From: an uncultured Chloroflexia bacterium
Lineage (GTDB): Bacteria; Chloroflexota; Limnocylindria; Limnocylindrales; CSP1-4
Assembly (NCBI GenBank): GCA_963813535.1
Contig: CAWEZH010000002.1
Span: 1,824,001 to 1,888,000 of the forward strand
Direction: 5' to 3'
DNA: 64,000 nucleotides
The notes below the pieces were generated by a model, which was not told where the DNA came from, did no database searches, and saw only the letters and a list, made by a program, of their open reading frames with translations. The translations under genes were made by a program, and so were the position numbers. Positions within the stretch are counted from its first letter, which is position 1. Each line of letters begins with the position of its first letter. Shown here in pieces: positions 39,399 through 48,370 of this stretch.

Positions 39399-39794
39399 TC
39401 AGCCGAACCATGGCCTGACGACCTGGAGCGCGACCACCATCACCAGCCATGCGATCGGCACGGCCGCGAAGAAGCCGAGCGCGGCGCTCCACCCGCTGCG
39501 CCGGCGGACGCTACCGGAGCCGGTCGGCTGGGGAACGATGAGATAGGTCACCAGGCTCCCGACCGCCAGGACGAGCACGGCATACGCGGCCAGGGCCAGC
39601 AGGCGGAGATCGCCGCCCGGGATGGCTGCCCCTCGGGAGATCGCGATGTCATAGACGAGATACAGGCCAGCCGCCCCGATCGCGATCGACAGGCTCGCGG
39701 CCACCGCCCGGACGACCGGTCGGGGAGCGTTGCGGAACTGGCGCCAGCGGATCTCCGCCCAGGAACGCTGGCGGACCGGCCGGCCGTCAGCCAC
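39399..39794 (-). CDS. Hypothetical membrane protein (3 TM)
   Basis: Hydrophobic helices; overlaps the stop of the upstream PLP enzyme. Confidence 0.7.
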   Translation of the reverse strand: MADGRPVRQRSWAEIRWRQFRNAPRPVVRAVAASLSIAIGAAGLYLVYDIAISRGAAIPGGDLRLLALAAYAVLVLAVGSLVTYLIVPQPTGSGSVRRRSGWSAALGFFAAVPIAWLVMVVALQVVRPWFG

Positions 39795-41025
39795 CGGTGA
39801 GGATGGTCAGGGTCCGACGTGGCGGGACCGTCTCCGGGGTGTGCCCAGCCAGCAGCTCGACGCAATCGGTGAACCGGTCGAGCTCCGCCTCGGAGGTGAA
39901 GAACCCGACGCTGATCCGGAGCGCATCGACCAGCGGCACGGTCCGCGCCACGGCGAACACGCGCGCTCCCAGCTCGTCGAGTGCCGCCTCTGGCGACCAT
40001 CCGCCGATCCGGAACGTGACCAGCGTGGCCATGCGATCCAGCGGCGTGAGGACGTCGACGCCGTCGATGGCCGCCAACCGCTCGGACGCGCGGCGGGCAA
40101 GCGACGCCCCACGGTCATAGATCCAGTCGAGGCCGACGAACATGCTGAGCCAGCCGATCGAGCGGGCCATGCCGACGATCGAGGGCCGGTGGAAGTTGGA
40201 GGACTCGAAGCGCCGCGCATCTGGCCACCAGACGGCCGTGCCCGCGGAGTCGACGGATTCGAACGTGTAGTGCCCACCCCAGGACGGCGCGAATCCCTCG
40301 CGTGCTGCGGGCGCGACGGCGATCGCCCCCATGCCCTCCGGTCCCAGCAGCCACTTCTGGGCGGCGATCGCGTAGATGTCCGCACCTGTCGCCGCGAGAT
40401 CGACCGGCATCGCGCCGGCGGCCTGGGCGCCATCGACGATCAGCACGGCCCCGTGGGCATGGGCGATCTCCGCGATCCGTTCGACCGGCATGACCCGCCC
40501 GGTCGCCCACAGGACGTGCGACACGACGACGGCACGGGTCCGCTCGTCGATGGCCTGCTCGAAGCCGTCCAGGACCTCCTGCTCCGTGAGCGAATGCCCG
40601 ACGTCGACGAACGCCAGCTCGATACCGAGACGTGCCCGCAGGTCGTACAGGCCGCCGATACCGCCCGGATGCTCGAGGCGTGTCGTCACGGCGCGATCGC
40701 CCGGCCGCCAGTCGAGCCCCCAGACGCCGATGTTCATGCCGTCGGTCGTGGAGTGCGTGAGGGCGATGTCGCCCACGTCGGCCGTCAGCACCGCCGCGAC
40801 CGCGGCACGTGCCTCGGCCATGCGCTGGAGCGTCTCGTGGTAGTAGTCGAGATGGGCCCGCCCCGTACGCAGCTCGTACTCGGCCAGCTCCGCCATCGCG
40901 GCTGCTGTCTCGGCGGGCAGCGGCCCGACCGACCCGGTGTTCAGGTAGATGCCGGCCTCGAGCGCCGGGAGCGCCCCGCGGACAGCGGCGAGTCGGTCCG
41001 CGTCAGGTGGGTTCGGGGCGGACAC
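39787..41025 (-). CDS. Class V PLP enzyme, cystine C-S lyase (C-DES)/cysteine desulfurase-like
   Basis: YLNTGS, EH, SHV...G, DGAQAAG, QKWLLGPEG (PLP Lys), LRIS; lacks the NifS/SufS catalytic Cys loop. Confidence 0.88.
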   Translation of the reverse strand: MSAPNPPDADRLAAVRGALPALEAGIYLNTGSVGPLPAETAAAMAELAEYELRTGRAHLDYYHETLQRMAEARAAVAAVLTADVGDIALTHSTTDGMNIGVWGLDWRPGDRAVTTRLEHPGGIGGLYDLRARLGIELAFVDVGHSLTEQEVLDGFEQAIDERTRAVVVSHVLWATGRVMPVERIAEIAHAHGAVLIVDGAQAAGAMPVDLAATGADIYAIAAQKWLLGPEGMGAIAVAPAAREGFAPSWGGHYTFESVDSAGTAVWWPDARRFESSNFHRPSIVGMARSIGWLSMFVGLDWIYDRGASLARRASERLAAIDGVDVLTPLDRMATLVTFRIGGWSPEAALDELGARVFAVARTVPLVDALRISVGFFTSEAELDRFTDCVELLAGHTPETVPPRRTLTILTGG

Positions 41026-41044
41026 GGCCCGTATCATACCGACG
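41026..41044. promoter_or_regulatory. Bidirectional -10 element serving two leaderless genes
   Basis: TATCAT (+, 41032-37) lies 7 nt before ATG 41045; TATGAT (-, 41038-33) lies 7 nt before GTG 41025. Confidence 0.7.
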
Positions 41045-41896
41045 ATGTCCGGCCTGGCCCGTCCCGAGATCCTGGCCACGACCGAGTGGCTCGCCGAGCA
41101 CCTGGGCCGCCCGGGCGTCCGTCTGCTCGACGCTCGCTGGCGCCCCGATGGGACCGGCGCCGAGGTCCATCGCGCCGGGCATATCCCGGGTGCCGTGTCG
41201 GTCGACTGGCGGTCGGACCTGGTCGACATGGACCAGACCGGGGACACGATCCGCCTGGCATCACCGGGCCGCGTGGCGGCGACGGTGGCACGTGCCGGGA
41301 TCGGTGACGAGACGACCATCGTCGTCTACGACGACACCCAGGGCCTGTACGCCGCTCGAGTGTGGTGGACGTTGAAGGCCTATGGCGCGGAGCACGTCCG
41401 GGTCCTCGACGGTGGCTTCCCCGCGTGGGAGGCCGAGGGCCGCTCGGTCGAACGGGGAGCCGGCGAACCGCCGGAGGAGCCGCTGACGCCGTTCGTGCCG
41501 CGGGGCCCGAACAGGCTCCACCTCACGACATCCGACGTCCGCGGTCTGCTCGGCGCGCCGGGCGTCACGCTGCTCGACGCTCGTGCACCTGCCGAGTACC
41601 GCGGCTTCGAGGGGAACACGCGCAGGCTCGGCCATATCCCGGGCGCCATCAACGTGCCGGTGGGCTCGATGCATGTCGCCGGCAGCCAACGGCTGCGCGA
41701 CGGCGGCGACCTACGCGATCGACTGCACGCGGCGAACGTCAGCCGGGGTAGCCGGATGGTGGCATACGACGGATCCGGTGTCGCCGCTGCCAAGCTCGCC
41801 TTCGTGCTGAGCCTGCTCGGCCATGACGACGTGGCCGTATACGACGGCGGCTGGGCCGAGTGGGGGAACCGGCTCGACCTGCCGGTCGATCGCTAG
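41045..41896 (+). CDS. Tandem-domain rhodanese/sulfurtransferase (SseA-like), active-site Cys replaced by Asp
   Basis: Two GHIPGA motifs, LDGG, YDGGWAEW; active loop reads YDGSGVAA. Confidence 0.9.
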   Translation: MSGLARPEILATTEWLAEHLGRPGVRLLDARWRPDGTGAEVHRAGHIPGAVSVDWRSDLVDMDQTGDTIRLASPGRVAATVARAGIGDETTIVVYDDTQGLYAARVWWTLKAYGAEHVRVLDGGFPAWEAEGRSVERGAGEPPEEPLTPFVPRGPNRLHLTTSDVRGLLGAPGVTLLDARAPAEYRGFEGNTRRLGHIPGAINVPVGSMHVAGSQRLRDGGDLRDRLHAANVSRGSRMVAYDGSGVAAAKLAFVLSLLGHDDVAVYDGGWAEWGNRLDLPVDR

Positions 41897-41939
41897 AGCT
41901 CGACAGGCAGGCGAGCCGCGGCCGAGGCCCGGCGCGCGC

Positions 41940-42521
41940 CTACCAACCGGTCGGTTCCGGGGGAGGTTCCGCACCGGACGCGGGCCGCGTGTCGAGCCCC
42001 GCCCAGGGATCGCTGGCTCGATGCGGGGCCAGGATCTGTGCCCGCTCGTGGTTGACGGCCAGGAGCTCCGCCGTCTGGCGCGCCTCGTCGAGCACGTCGG
42101 ACCAGAAGGTCGCGCTGGTCACCGGCAGGAAATTGCCCGTGAGCTCGGACAAGGCGTCGCGCAAGCTCCGTTCGGGCATCAGGTGGATGTGTCCTGTGAC
42201 CTTGAACGGCGGGATCGAGATCAACGCCTCCTCGGGGATCTTCGGGGTTCGCAGCTCAGGGGCCGGCGCGACCGACTCGTTGACCACCGCGAACAGGACC
42301 GACGTCAGGTTCACTTGGGCGAACTCGGCTCGGAGCGACTCACCACGGGTGCCGAACTCGTCGGTCGTGACGTCGGACAGCACCAGGAACCGATCCTCGG
42401 CGAGGTTGAGCATGTCGGTCACGCGGCGCTGGCGTGTCGCGATGATCCCACGCACGACGAACGAGTCCGTGTAGAGCGTCAAACGGACCTGCTGGAAGTT
42501 GCCCCCGAGGGAGTCGAACAT
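41940..42521 (-). CDS. Hypothetical protein with two similar halves
   Basis: 'RVTDMLN...FLVL' resembles 'SLRDALS...FLPV'; TATCCT -10 box 6 nt before ATG. Confidence 0.7.
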   Translation of the reverse strand: MFDSLGGNFQQVRLTLYTDSFVVRGIIATRQRRVTDMLNLAEDRFLVLSDVTTDEFGTRGESLRAEFAQVNLTSVLFAVVNESVAPAPELRTPKIPEEALISIPPFKVTGHIHLMPERSLRDALSELTGNFLPVTSATFWSDVLDEARQTAELLAVNHERAQILAPHRASDPWAGLDTRPASGAEPPPEPTGW

Positions 42522-42558
42522 CGGCCAAGGATACGCGGCAGTCGTGCCGCCGTGCGGC

Positions 42559-44286
42559 TCAGATAGGCTCCGCCGGGACGGTCCTGGCGCCCGCGGTCAC
42601 CAGCAGCTCGGACCCATGTTGCAGGCCCTCATACAGGGCCGTCACGGTCGCGACGGTGTCGATATCGTCAACGGTCTTGTCGCGCCTGAGCGCGTGGATG
42701 CGCGGGAAGCGCAGGCTGAACCCGGAGCCGTGACGCTTGCTCCGCACGATCACGTCGAACGCGATCTCGACCACGATCACTGGTTCCACCTGGCGGTAGC
42801 GCCCGTAGCGGGCGATCGTGTGCGCCTCGAACCACGCGGTCATCTCAGCGATCTCCGCATCGGTCAGGCCGCTGTACGCCTTGCCGATGTTGACGAGCGT
42901 GCCCGTCTCCTCGTCACGGACGGCGAACGTGTAGTCGGATAGGACGCCGTGCCGCTTGCCGTGGCCGACCTCGACGCCGACGACCACGCAATCGATGGTC
43001 GCGAGGGCCTTCTTCATCTTCAGCCAGCCGAGGCCCCGCCGACCGGGGGAATAGCCGCTGGTGGGATCCTTGACCATGAGACCCTCGTTGCGTCGGCCGC
43101 GCGCGTCGGCGAAGGCCACCTCGAGCGCGTCCGCGTCGCGCGCCACCGCGAGATGTGACCGGATGAACCGCCCACCGTCCTCGACGAGCGGCAGCTGGAC
43201 GGCATCCAGCCGCTCGCGCCGGGCGCGCAGCGGTTCGCGCAGCAGCGGCTCGACCGTGGCATCACCCTTGGCATCGTCACCCGGTCCCAGCGCGAGCAGG
43301 TCGAACGCCACGTAGATGACCGGGATGTCGGCCCGGATCGCCTCGGACGGCGACTTCCGACCGAGCCGCGCCTGGAGGCTGATGAACGGCAGCACCAGCC
43401 CGTCCTTGAAGGCGAGGATCTCGCCATCGATGACCCCGGTCCAGGGCAATGGCCGAGCCGCATCGACGATCTCGGGGAACTGGTTGCTGATGTCGTGCAG
43501 GTCGCGCGAATAGAGTCGGACGTCCTGGCCGCGCTTGTGGAGCTGGGCCCTGATGCCGTCGTACTTGTCCTCGACCCAGACCTCGGGGCCCAGCCTCCCG
43601 ATGATCTCGTCGGCGTCCTCGGCCGGCGACGCGAGCATGAACTTGAGCGGGTGGAAGAGCGCCAGCTCCGCGTCCCCGAGCCGGTCGTCACGGGCGAGCT
43701 CGGCGAGCCGGCCGATGTCGCCTGTGAGCATGCCCGACCACTTGACCTCGTCGATGGGCCGCTCGAAGGCCTTGGCGATGGCCGCCTCGACCAGCCCCTC
43801 GCGCAACCCGATCCGCAGCTCGCCACCGAGGACCTTGACGATCGCCTTGGCCGTGGGCGGGTCGGCACGGGCAAGCAGGTCGTGAAGGAGCTGCGCCTTG
43901 GCCTGGGGACCGGACGCCGTCTCGATCGCCGCGAACGTGGCAGCCACTTCGGGGAGCGTCGGCGAGAGCTCTGGCGGTGGCGTGTGTTCTGCGCGGATCA
44001 GCACGTCCTCGACCGCGAGGCTCAGGTCCGAGTACCGATCGTACGCGCGACCCATGTCCTCGCGCGTCGCGCCGGTGAGTGCCGCGATCGCCGCCATCAT
44101 CGCGGACCAGCCGAGGCCGGTCGCCCGCTGGTCCGCCTCGGGGAAGGGTCGCCCTGTGAGGAAGACGGCAGCGACCGGCAGCTCGTCGGGGGAGAGGCTT
44201 CGGAGGTAGTCGGCCAGCAGTGCGGTCTTCTCCGACGTTCGGGTCGTCGCCGCCACGCGCTCGGCCAGGTCGCTCCAGCGGCGCAT
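42559..44286 (-). CDS. lig: ATP-dependent DNA ligase (LigB/archaeal-like, with N-terminal DNA-binding domain)
   Basis: EDKYDGIR (motif I), DGE, FDLL, EGLMVK, WLKMK, SLRFPR. Confidence 0.95.
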   Translation of the reverse strand: MRRWSDLAERVAATTRTSEKTALLADYLRSLSPDELPVAAVFLTGRPFPEADQRATGLGWSAMMAAIAALTGATREDMGRAYDRYSDLSLAVEDVLIRAEHTPPPELSPTLPEVAATFAAIETASGPQAKAQLLHDLLARADPPTAKAIVKVLGGELRIGLREGLVEAAIAKAFERPIDEVKWSGMLTGDIGRLAELARDDRLGDAELALFHPLKFMLASPAEDADEIIGRLGPEVWVEDKYDGIRAQLHKRGQDVRLYSRDLHDISNQFPEIVDAARPLPWTGVIDGEILAFKDGLVLPFISLQARLGRKSPSEAIRADIPVIYVAFDLLALGPGDDAKGDATVEPLLREPLRARRERLDAVQLPLVEDGGRFIRSHLAVARDADALEVAFADARGRRNEGLMVKDPTSGYSPGRRGLGWLKMKKALATIDCVVVGVEVGHGKRHGVLSDYTFAVRDEETGTLVNIGKAYSGLTDAEIAEMTAWFEAHTIARYGRYRQVEPVIVVEIAFDVIVRSKRHGSGFSLRFPRIHALRRDKTVDDIDTVATVTALYEGLQHGSELLVTAGARTVPAEPI

Positions 44287-44312
44287 GGCGGGGATGGTAT
44301 ACGGTTCGGCCG

Positions 44313-45041
44313 ATGGCGCCGCGAACCTGGTTCCCGGAGGTCCTGACGGGGTCGCGGGTGGTGCTGCGCCGACACGTTCCCGAGAACCTCGGGGCGTTCC
44401 GGCGGTGGTACTCCGACCCCGAGATCGCGCGCCTCGCGCGCTACCAGGAAGCCCCGATGCGGGCGGAGGAGATCGAGCGGTTCTTCGCCGCCCGCGTGGT
44501 CGGCGCGGACGCGCTTGCGATGGCGATCCATGAGCGCGCGTCCGATCGACTGGTGGGCACCTGCGCGTTCAGCCAGCTCGACGGCGACAACGGCTCGGCG
44601 CTGTACCACATCACGATCGGTGAGAAGGACGCGTGGGGCCGCGGCTACGGGAGCGAGGCGACCCGGCTCATGCTCGGGCATGCGTTCGGCGCGCTGGGCC
44701 TCCATCGGATCGCGCTGTTCGTGTTCGAGTTCAACGAGCGGGCCATCCGCACGTATCGCCGCTGCGGCTTCGTGGTCGAGGGCCGGGCCCGCGAGTCGAT
44801 CTTCCGCGACGGTCGCTGGTGGGACGAGCTGGCGATGAGCGTGCTCGAGAGCGACTGGCGACGATCCCGGGAGCTCGACGTCGAGGACGCGCTGGAGCGA
44901 GAGACGCTGCGTGCCGACGCGGATGCCGACGCCGAGGCGGTCGGGGCGGCCACCCAGGCGGAAGCGAGCCGCCAGGTCGATGCGCCGCGTCTGGCAGACG
45001 GGCGAAGCTTCCTCAGGCGAACCGTCCGGCGGTTCTCATGA
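44313..45041 (+). CDS. RimJ/RimL family GNAT acetyltransferase
   Basis: WGRGYGSEA, LHRIAL.V..FNERAIRTY..CGF..EG. Confidence 0.9.
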   Translation: MAPRTWFPEVLTGSRVVLRRHVPENLGAFRRWYSDPEIARLARYQEAPMRAEEIERFFAARVVGADALAMAIHERASDRLVGTCAFSQLDGDNGSALYHITIGEKDAWGRGYGSEATRLMLGHAFGALGLHRIALFVFEFNERAIRTYRRCGFVVEGRARESIFRDGRWWDELAMSVLESDWRRSRELDVEDALERETLRADADADAEAVGAATQAEASRQVDAPRLADGRSFLRRTVRRFS

Positions 45042-45316
45042 GTAGCACCGGGCCCGCGGCCGACGCGGCTCGCTCCGACGTCCGTGAGCTGATCGGCGCG
45101 AAGGGCCACACCGTCGACAACGCCCGGGCCGTGGTCGCCCGCCTCGAGCGGGCCTTCGCGGACGGCTCGCTGGTGCTGACGCCCGACCTCGCGCAGTATC
45201 TCGAGGATCTGATGCAAGCTCTCGAGCAGGACGAGGGCCAGAAGCTCGGCGGCAAGGCGGCGGAGGCGGCCCGGTTCATCCTGCGGGCCGTCGACCGCGA
45301 GCTCGACCGGGCCTAG
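45038..45316 (+). CDS. Small hypothetical protein
   Basis: ATGA overlap with the GNAT stop; helical composition. Confidence 0.65.
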   Translation: MSSTGPAADAARSDVRELIGAKGHTVDNARAVVARLERAFADGSLVLTPDLAQYLEDLMQALEQDEGQKLGGKAAEAARFILRAVDRELDRA

Positions 45317-45425
45317 GCGGGTCGCGATATCGCCGAGCGGCCCGTCCCGGACAAGGCCTGATCGCCATCCCCGACGGGAAACCGCGGAGAGGCGCACCAT
45401 GTGGGTCCGCATGTGGGAGATCGAC

Positions 45426-45851
45426 ATGGTCGCGACGATCGATGAGGCGAGGGAGACGGCGCGCGCAGCGGCAGCCGAACCGATCGACAGGATGCTCGAC
45501 AAACTGGGCGAACGGATCGGCATGCGAGCCTCGGTCCGCGCGGTCTTCGGCGAACCGCTGGAACGCGGGGAGGTGACGATCATCCCCGTCGCACGTGTCC
45601 GCTGGGGCTACGGTGGCGGTTCGGGGACCGGCCCGGTCCGATCGGACGCGACGGATGGCCAGACGATGAGCGGCGGCAGCGGGGCCGGTGGTGGGGTCCT
45701 GGCCGACCCGATGGGATACGTGGAGGTCCGTCACGACAGCGCGGCGTACGTCCCGCTCACGTCGCCGTGGCTGAATCCGTTCGTGATCCTCGCCTCGGGG
45801 ATCTCGATCGCGGTCGTCATCCGCGTCCTGGCGCGCCTCATCCGCGGCTGA
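45426..45851 (+). CDS. YtfJ/GerW family protein
   Basis: VFGEP...TIIPVARV..GYGGGSG...GAGGG...P.GYV motif. Confidence 0.8.
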   Translation: MVATIDEARETARAAAAEPIDRMLDKLGERIGMRASVRAVFGEPLERGEVTIIPVARVRWGYGGGSGTGPVRSDATDGQTMSGGSGAGGGVLADPMGYVEVRHDSAAYVPLTSPWLNPFVILASGISIAVVIRVLARLIRG

Positions 45852-45945
45852 TCCGTCCGACCAATCCCGGCGGTCCGCCCTCTCGATCCGACGCTGGTCG
45901 GCGCCCTAGACTTGACGGCCCGCGCACCTGGATCGGAGGCCCACC

Positions 45946-46896
45946 GTGACCGAGCTCAAGACCGGCATCCTGCTCTGGAGCCAGGCGGCGACCTGGCCCG
46001 AGATGCTCGACGCAGCGAAGCGGGTCGATCGACTCGGGTACGACCACCTCTGGACGTGGGACCACATCTACGCCATCTTCGGCGACCCGTACCAGCCGAT
46101 CTTCGAGGGCTGGACCACGCTGGGCGCCTGGGCGATGGCGACAGAGCAGACGCGCCTGGGTCTGCTCGTCGGCGCCAACACGTTCCGCAACCCGGGCCTC
46201 ACCGCGAAGCTCGCGGCGACGCTCGATCACATCAGCGACGGCCGGGGGATCCTCGGCATCGGCGGGGCGTGGTTCGAACTCGAGCACCAGGCGCACGGGA
46301 TCGAGTTCGGGTCGTCGACCGGGAAACGCCTCGATTGGATGGACGAGGCCGTCGCGGCGATGCGCACGGTCCTCGACGGCGGGTCGGCCTCCTCTCCGCC
46401 GGATACACGCTATGCGTTCGACGACCTCCGTCACCAGCCGCTCCCGGTGCAGCGCCGGATGCCGATCATGATCGGCGGCAGCGGCGAGAAGAAGACGCTC
46501 CGCACGGTCGCCAAGTACGCCGACATGTGGAACGCCATGGGGCCGCTCGAGCTGATGGCGCACAAGGTGGATGTGCTCAAGCGCCACTGCGACGACGTCG
46601 GCCGCGACATCGCCGAGATCGAGTTCACGCTGGGCGTCAAGTTCACGATCCGGGACAGCGAGGCAGAGGCCGACCGCGTCTGGAAAGCCGCGATGGAGCA
46701 CAACAGGACGCCGATGTCCGAGGTCGAGGACGACGACACGTTCTGGAACGGGACGCCGGAGCAGCTGGCCGAGAAGCTGCGGCCGTACTACGAGCTCGGG
46801 TTCCGGACGGTGATCTCGGAGCAGCCGGCGCCGTACGACGTCGAGACGTTCGAGCGATTCGTCGGTGAGGTGAAGCCGCTCGTCGAGCGCGGCTAG
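45946..46896 (+). CDS. LLM-class (F420-dependent-like) oxidoreductase
   Basis: WTWDH, EGWTTL, FRNPG..AK...LDHIS.GR..LGIG.AW, IMIGGSGEKKTL. Confidence 0.92.
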   Translation: MTELKTGILLWSQAATWPEMLDAAKRVDRLGYDHLWTWDHIYAIFGDPYQPIFEGWTTLGAWAMATEQTRLGLLVGANTFRNPGLTAKLAATLDHISDGRGILGIGGAWFELEHQAHGIEFGSSTGKRLDWMDEAVAAMRTVLDGGSASSPPDTRYAFDDLRHQPLPVQRRMPIMIGGSGEKKTLRTVAKYADMWNAMGPLELMAHKVDVLKRHCDDVGRDIAEIEFTLGVKFTIRDSEAEADRVWKAAMEHNRTPMSEVEDDDTFWNGTPEQLAEKLRPYYELGFRTVISEQPAPYDVETFERFVGEVKPLVERG

Positions 46897-46940
46897 CGGC
46901 CGCGCCGGCGGAGTCGGCGCCGGTCGAGGTCCCTATCGAG

Positions 46941-48128
46941 TCAATCCAGGACCGACGCCAGGATCGCCCGAGCCTCCGCGAGTGACGGCAGCCTGGGGGA
47001 GTTGCGGATGGCGACGTCATCGATGGCGTCCTGGGCGACCACATCCAGCGATGCGTCATCGAACCCGAGCGAGCGAAGCGTCTGGCGCTGCCCGACGCTC
47101 GCCAGGAACCGGCGCAGCTCGCCGATCGCCGCACCGGTCGCGGTCGCCGGCTCCTCGGTCGGGCTTGCTGCACGCAATGCGACGCCGACCAGTGCCAGCT
47201 CCCGGTCGCGCAGCCCCGGCTCGGCGGCGTAGAAGGAGAGCACTTCAGGCAGGACGACGGCCAGCGCCGTCCCGTGGGGCAGACGGCCGCGGGTCCCGAG
47301 CGCGTGCCCGAGCGCATGGACCAGGCCGACGCCCGTCCCGCTCGCCTGCCCTACCCCGGCGAGGTGGGCGGCCAGCAGCATCTGCGAGCGCGCCTCAAGG
47401 TCCGCCCCGTCGGCGATGGCACGCGGGAGCCACTCGGCGACGGTCCTGACGACCGCGAGCGCCATCGCCTCGGCGAACGGGTTGGCGTTCCGGGATAGCA
47501 AGGACTCGAGCGAGTGCGTCATCGCATCGACGCCGGTCGCGGCGGTCACCCCGGCCGGCAATGCGACCGTCAAGCCCGGGTCGAGGATCGTCGTCGCCGG
47601 TAGCAGCGACCGATGGCCGATGTAGTCCTTGCGCCCGGTCTCCTCGTTGGTGATCACCGCGAACGGATGCGCCTCGGATCCGGTGCCGGCCGTGGTCGGG
47701 ATCGCGATGATCGGGCGGCCCGGTGCGAGGTCCGGTCCGTCGTACTCGAGCTCCCACACGGGTCGGTCGTTGGCGGCGCACAGCGCGATCGCCTTGGCGG
47801 CATCCATCGCGGAGCCGCCACCCAGCGCCACCACGACGGTCCCGTCGAGCCCGAGCGTACGCAGGGTCGTCGCGCCCGCCTCCACGGTGCCGCCCGACGG
47901 GTTCGCCTCGACCTCGCTGAACATCGACGTGGGGATCAGGGCGCCCTGGAGGACATCGACGGTATCGGCGGCGATGCCCGCGACCACGACCCCCGGGTCG
48001 GTCACGAGGAAGACCCGCCGGCAACCGGTGGCGGCGACGACGTCGGGCAGTCGCTCGAGGCTCCCGACGCCGAACAGGACACGATTCCGGAGGGTGATCT
48101 CGATCTGGCGATCGGCCAGACCGGTCAC
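46941..48128 (-). CDS. Iron-containing (type III) alcohol dehydrogenase
   Basis: GGGSAMDAAK, PTTAGTGSE, DAMTHSLE, HALGH...HG metal ligands. Confidence 0.92.
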   Translation of the reverse strand: MTGLADRQIEITLRNRVLFGVGSLERLPDVVAATGCRRVFLVTDPGVVVAGIAADTVDVLQGALIPTSMFSEVEANPSGGTVEAGATTLRTLGLDGTVVVALGGGSAMDAAKAIALCAANDRPVWELEYDGPDLAPGRPIIAIPTTAGTGSEAHPFAVITNEETGRKDYIGHRSLLPATTILDPGLTVALPAGVTAATGVDAMTHSLESLLSRNANPFAEAMALAVVRTVAEWLPRAIADGADLEARSQMLLAAHLAGVGQASGTGVGLVHALGHALGTRGRLPHGTALAVVLPEVLSFYAAEPGLRDRELALVGVALRAASPTEEPATATGAAIGELRRFLASVGQRQTLRSLGFDDASLDVVAQDAIDDVAIRNSPRLPSLAEARAILASVLD

Positions 48129-48370
48129 GACAGGATCTCGAGCACCTGGTCGACACTGGTGTCGCGCCGGATCGTCAACCAGCGCCGACACCCCGCGGCG
48201 TGGAACCAGCGCTCGGTGGACTCGCCATCGGGGTTCTCGAAGACCCATACCTCGTCGAAGTCGCGCGCGTCAGCGTCGGTGATCGAGTCGGGGACGTCGC
48301 GGCGCTCCCCACCGAACGTGAACTCCTCGAGCGGGCGCCGCCCGCAGCGCGGACAGTCGAGCCACAACAT
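48125..48370 (-). CDS. soxD: Sarcosine oxidase delta subunit-like
   Basis: CPRCG.R...EF..GGE; E.W.H..GC.RW....RDT zinc motif. Confidence 0.88.
   Translation of the reverse strand: MLWLDCPRCGRRPLEEFTFGGERRDVPDSITDADARDFDEVWVFENPDGESTERWFHAAGCRRWLTIRRDTSVDQVLEILS

Noticed and set aside
41761-41775. Selenocysteine at the rhodanese active site
   Set aside because: The codon is GAC (Asp), not TGA.
42559-44286. NHEJ locus
   Set aside because: No Ku gene and no LigD polymerase or phosphoesterase domains; it is a stand-alone LigB-type ligase.
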